Below the pieces are notes generated by a model that searched no databases, was not told the DNA's origin, and saw nothing but the letters and a program-made list of their open reading frames with translations. This document shows, in pieces, positions 54,571 through 55,185 of a stretch of 55,185 nt of DNA. This DNA is from Octopus bimaculoides (Eukaryota). Numbering within the stretch: the stretch's first letter is position 1; every line of letters starts with the position of its first letter. Position numbers and translations under genes: made by a program. Location of the stretch: the NCBI RefSeq assembly GCF_001194135.2, contig NC_068988.1, positions 82,909,334-82,964,518 on the forward strand, given 5' to 3'.

Positions 54571-55185
54571 AACTATAGATAATAATGGATTTTAATCACA
54601 TAAGCCACTTCATTCTATTTAACTTGGAAAACAAGGAACACTCCCAGATATACAGCTAAAATATGTGACACACAGTAGTATTTGACAGGATTTCAGCTTG
54701 TTGATGAAATACTGGTGATGAACAGTGAGATAAGCAGAGTTATGTATCTTGTCCAAGATGTAATAAACTGGCTTTAGTTGCTTGAGACCAGTCTGAGTGG
54801 CACAAAATGTTAGAGGTGATATAAATAAAACCTATTTCGGTATTGGGAAAGTACTTGTATGAGATATGTGTGTGTGAGTGTATACATATATATATATATA
54901 TATAATAATATTAGGGACAAAATCCAAAATTACAGGTAAAAACTCAATTAAAATCAATTTATAAAAAATCAAAATTAAATTGAGTTTTATAGATAAAATA
55001 TATATAAAATATATAGTTTTAGGGAAAATAACCAAGTTTCAAGAACTCATCGATGAAAATCCACTATCACATATAGAAAAATTAACAATTAAAAGCACAA
55101 TAAATTAGTATAATATAAAACAAAGTAAATATCATAAGATAAAGATAATAATAAGATATTTACTTTGTTTTATATTATACTAATT

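Noticed and set aside
55030-55075. Hammerhead-like UCGAUGA..GAAAC on the minus strand
   Set aside because: The core deviates at C3/U4, stem II has at most one pair and stem I cannot pair. The surrounding sequence may be a repeat end, but it cannot be classified from this window.
1-55185. CRISPR arrays, rRNA or prokaryotic operons
   Set aside because: None seen. The sequence is eukaryotic, with spliceosomal introns.

Overview
AT-rich, repeat-dense animal DNA with assembly gaps. The SINE/LINE repertoire and microsatellite load point to a cephalopod, probably Octopus (inference). The one well-supported host gene is RNASEH2B (RNase H2 subunit B) on the + strand: 11 coding exons from 12967 to 49318 splice in frame to a 906-nt CDS (301 aa) ending in a PIP-box. 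The six-frame ORF track misses almost all of it. Two candidate small exons of an unidentified divergent gene lie on the - strand (5007-4954, 1842-1814), sharing a CpG-richer upstream region. The rest is decayed mobile DNA: Gypsy, RTE, CR1-like, R4/Dong-like, Penelope-like, several Tc1/mariner types, hAT, piggyBac-like and pogo-like MITEs, and dozens of SINEs. The most notable unexplained signal is a set of hammerhead-ribozyme-like motifs on the - strand in apparently unrelated repeats: an intact-core minimal hammerhead at 4094-4132, a near-intact one at about 22210-22257, a half motif at about 7866-7890, and two decayed ones in a ~342-bp hairpin-rich tandem duplication (50839-51418) that resembles a non-LTR retrozyme.
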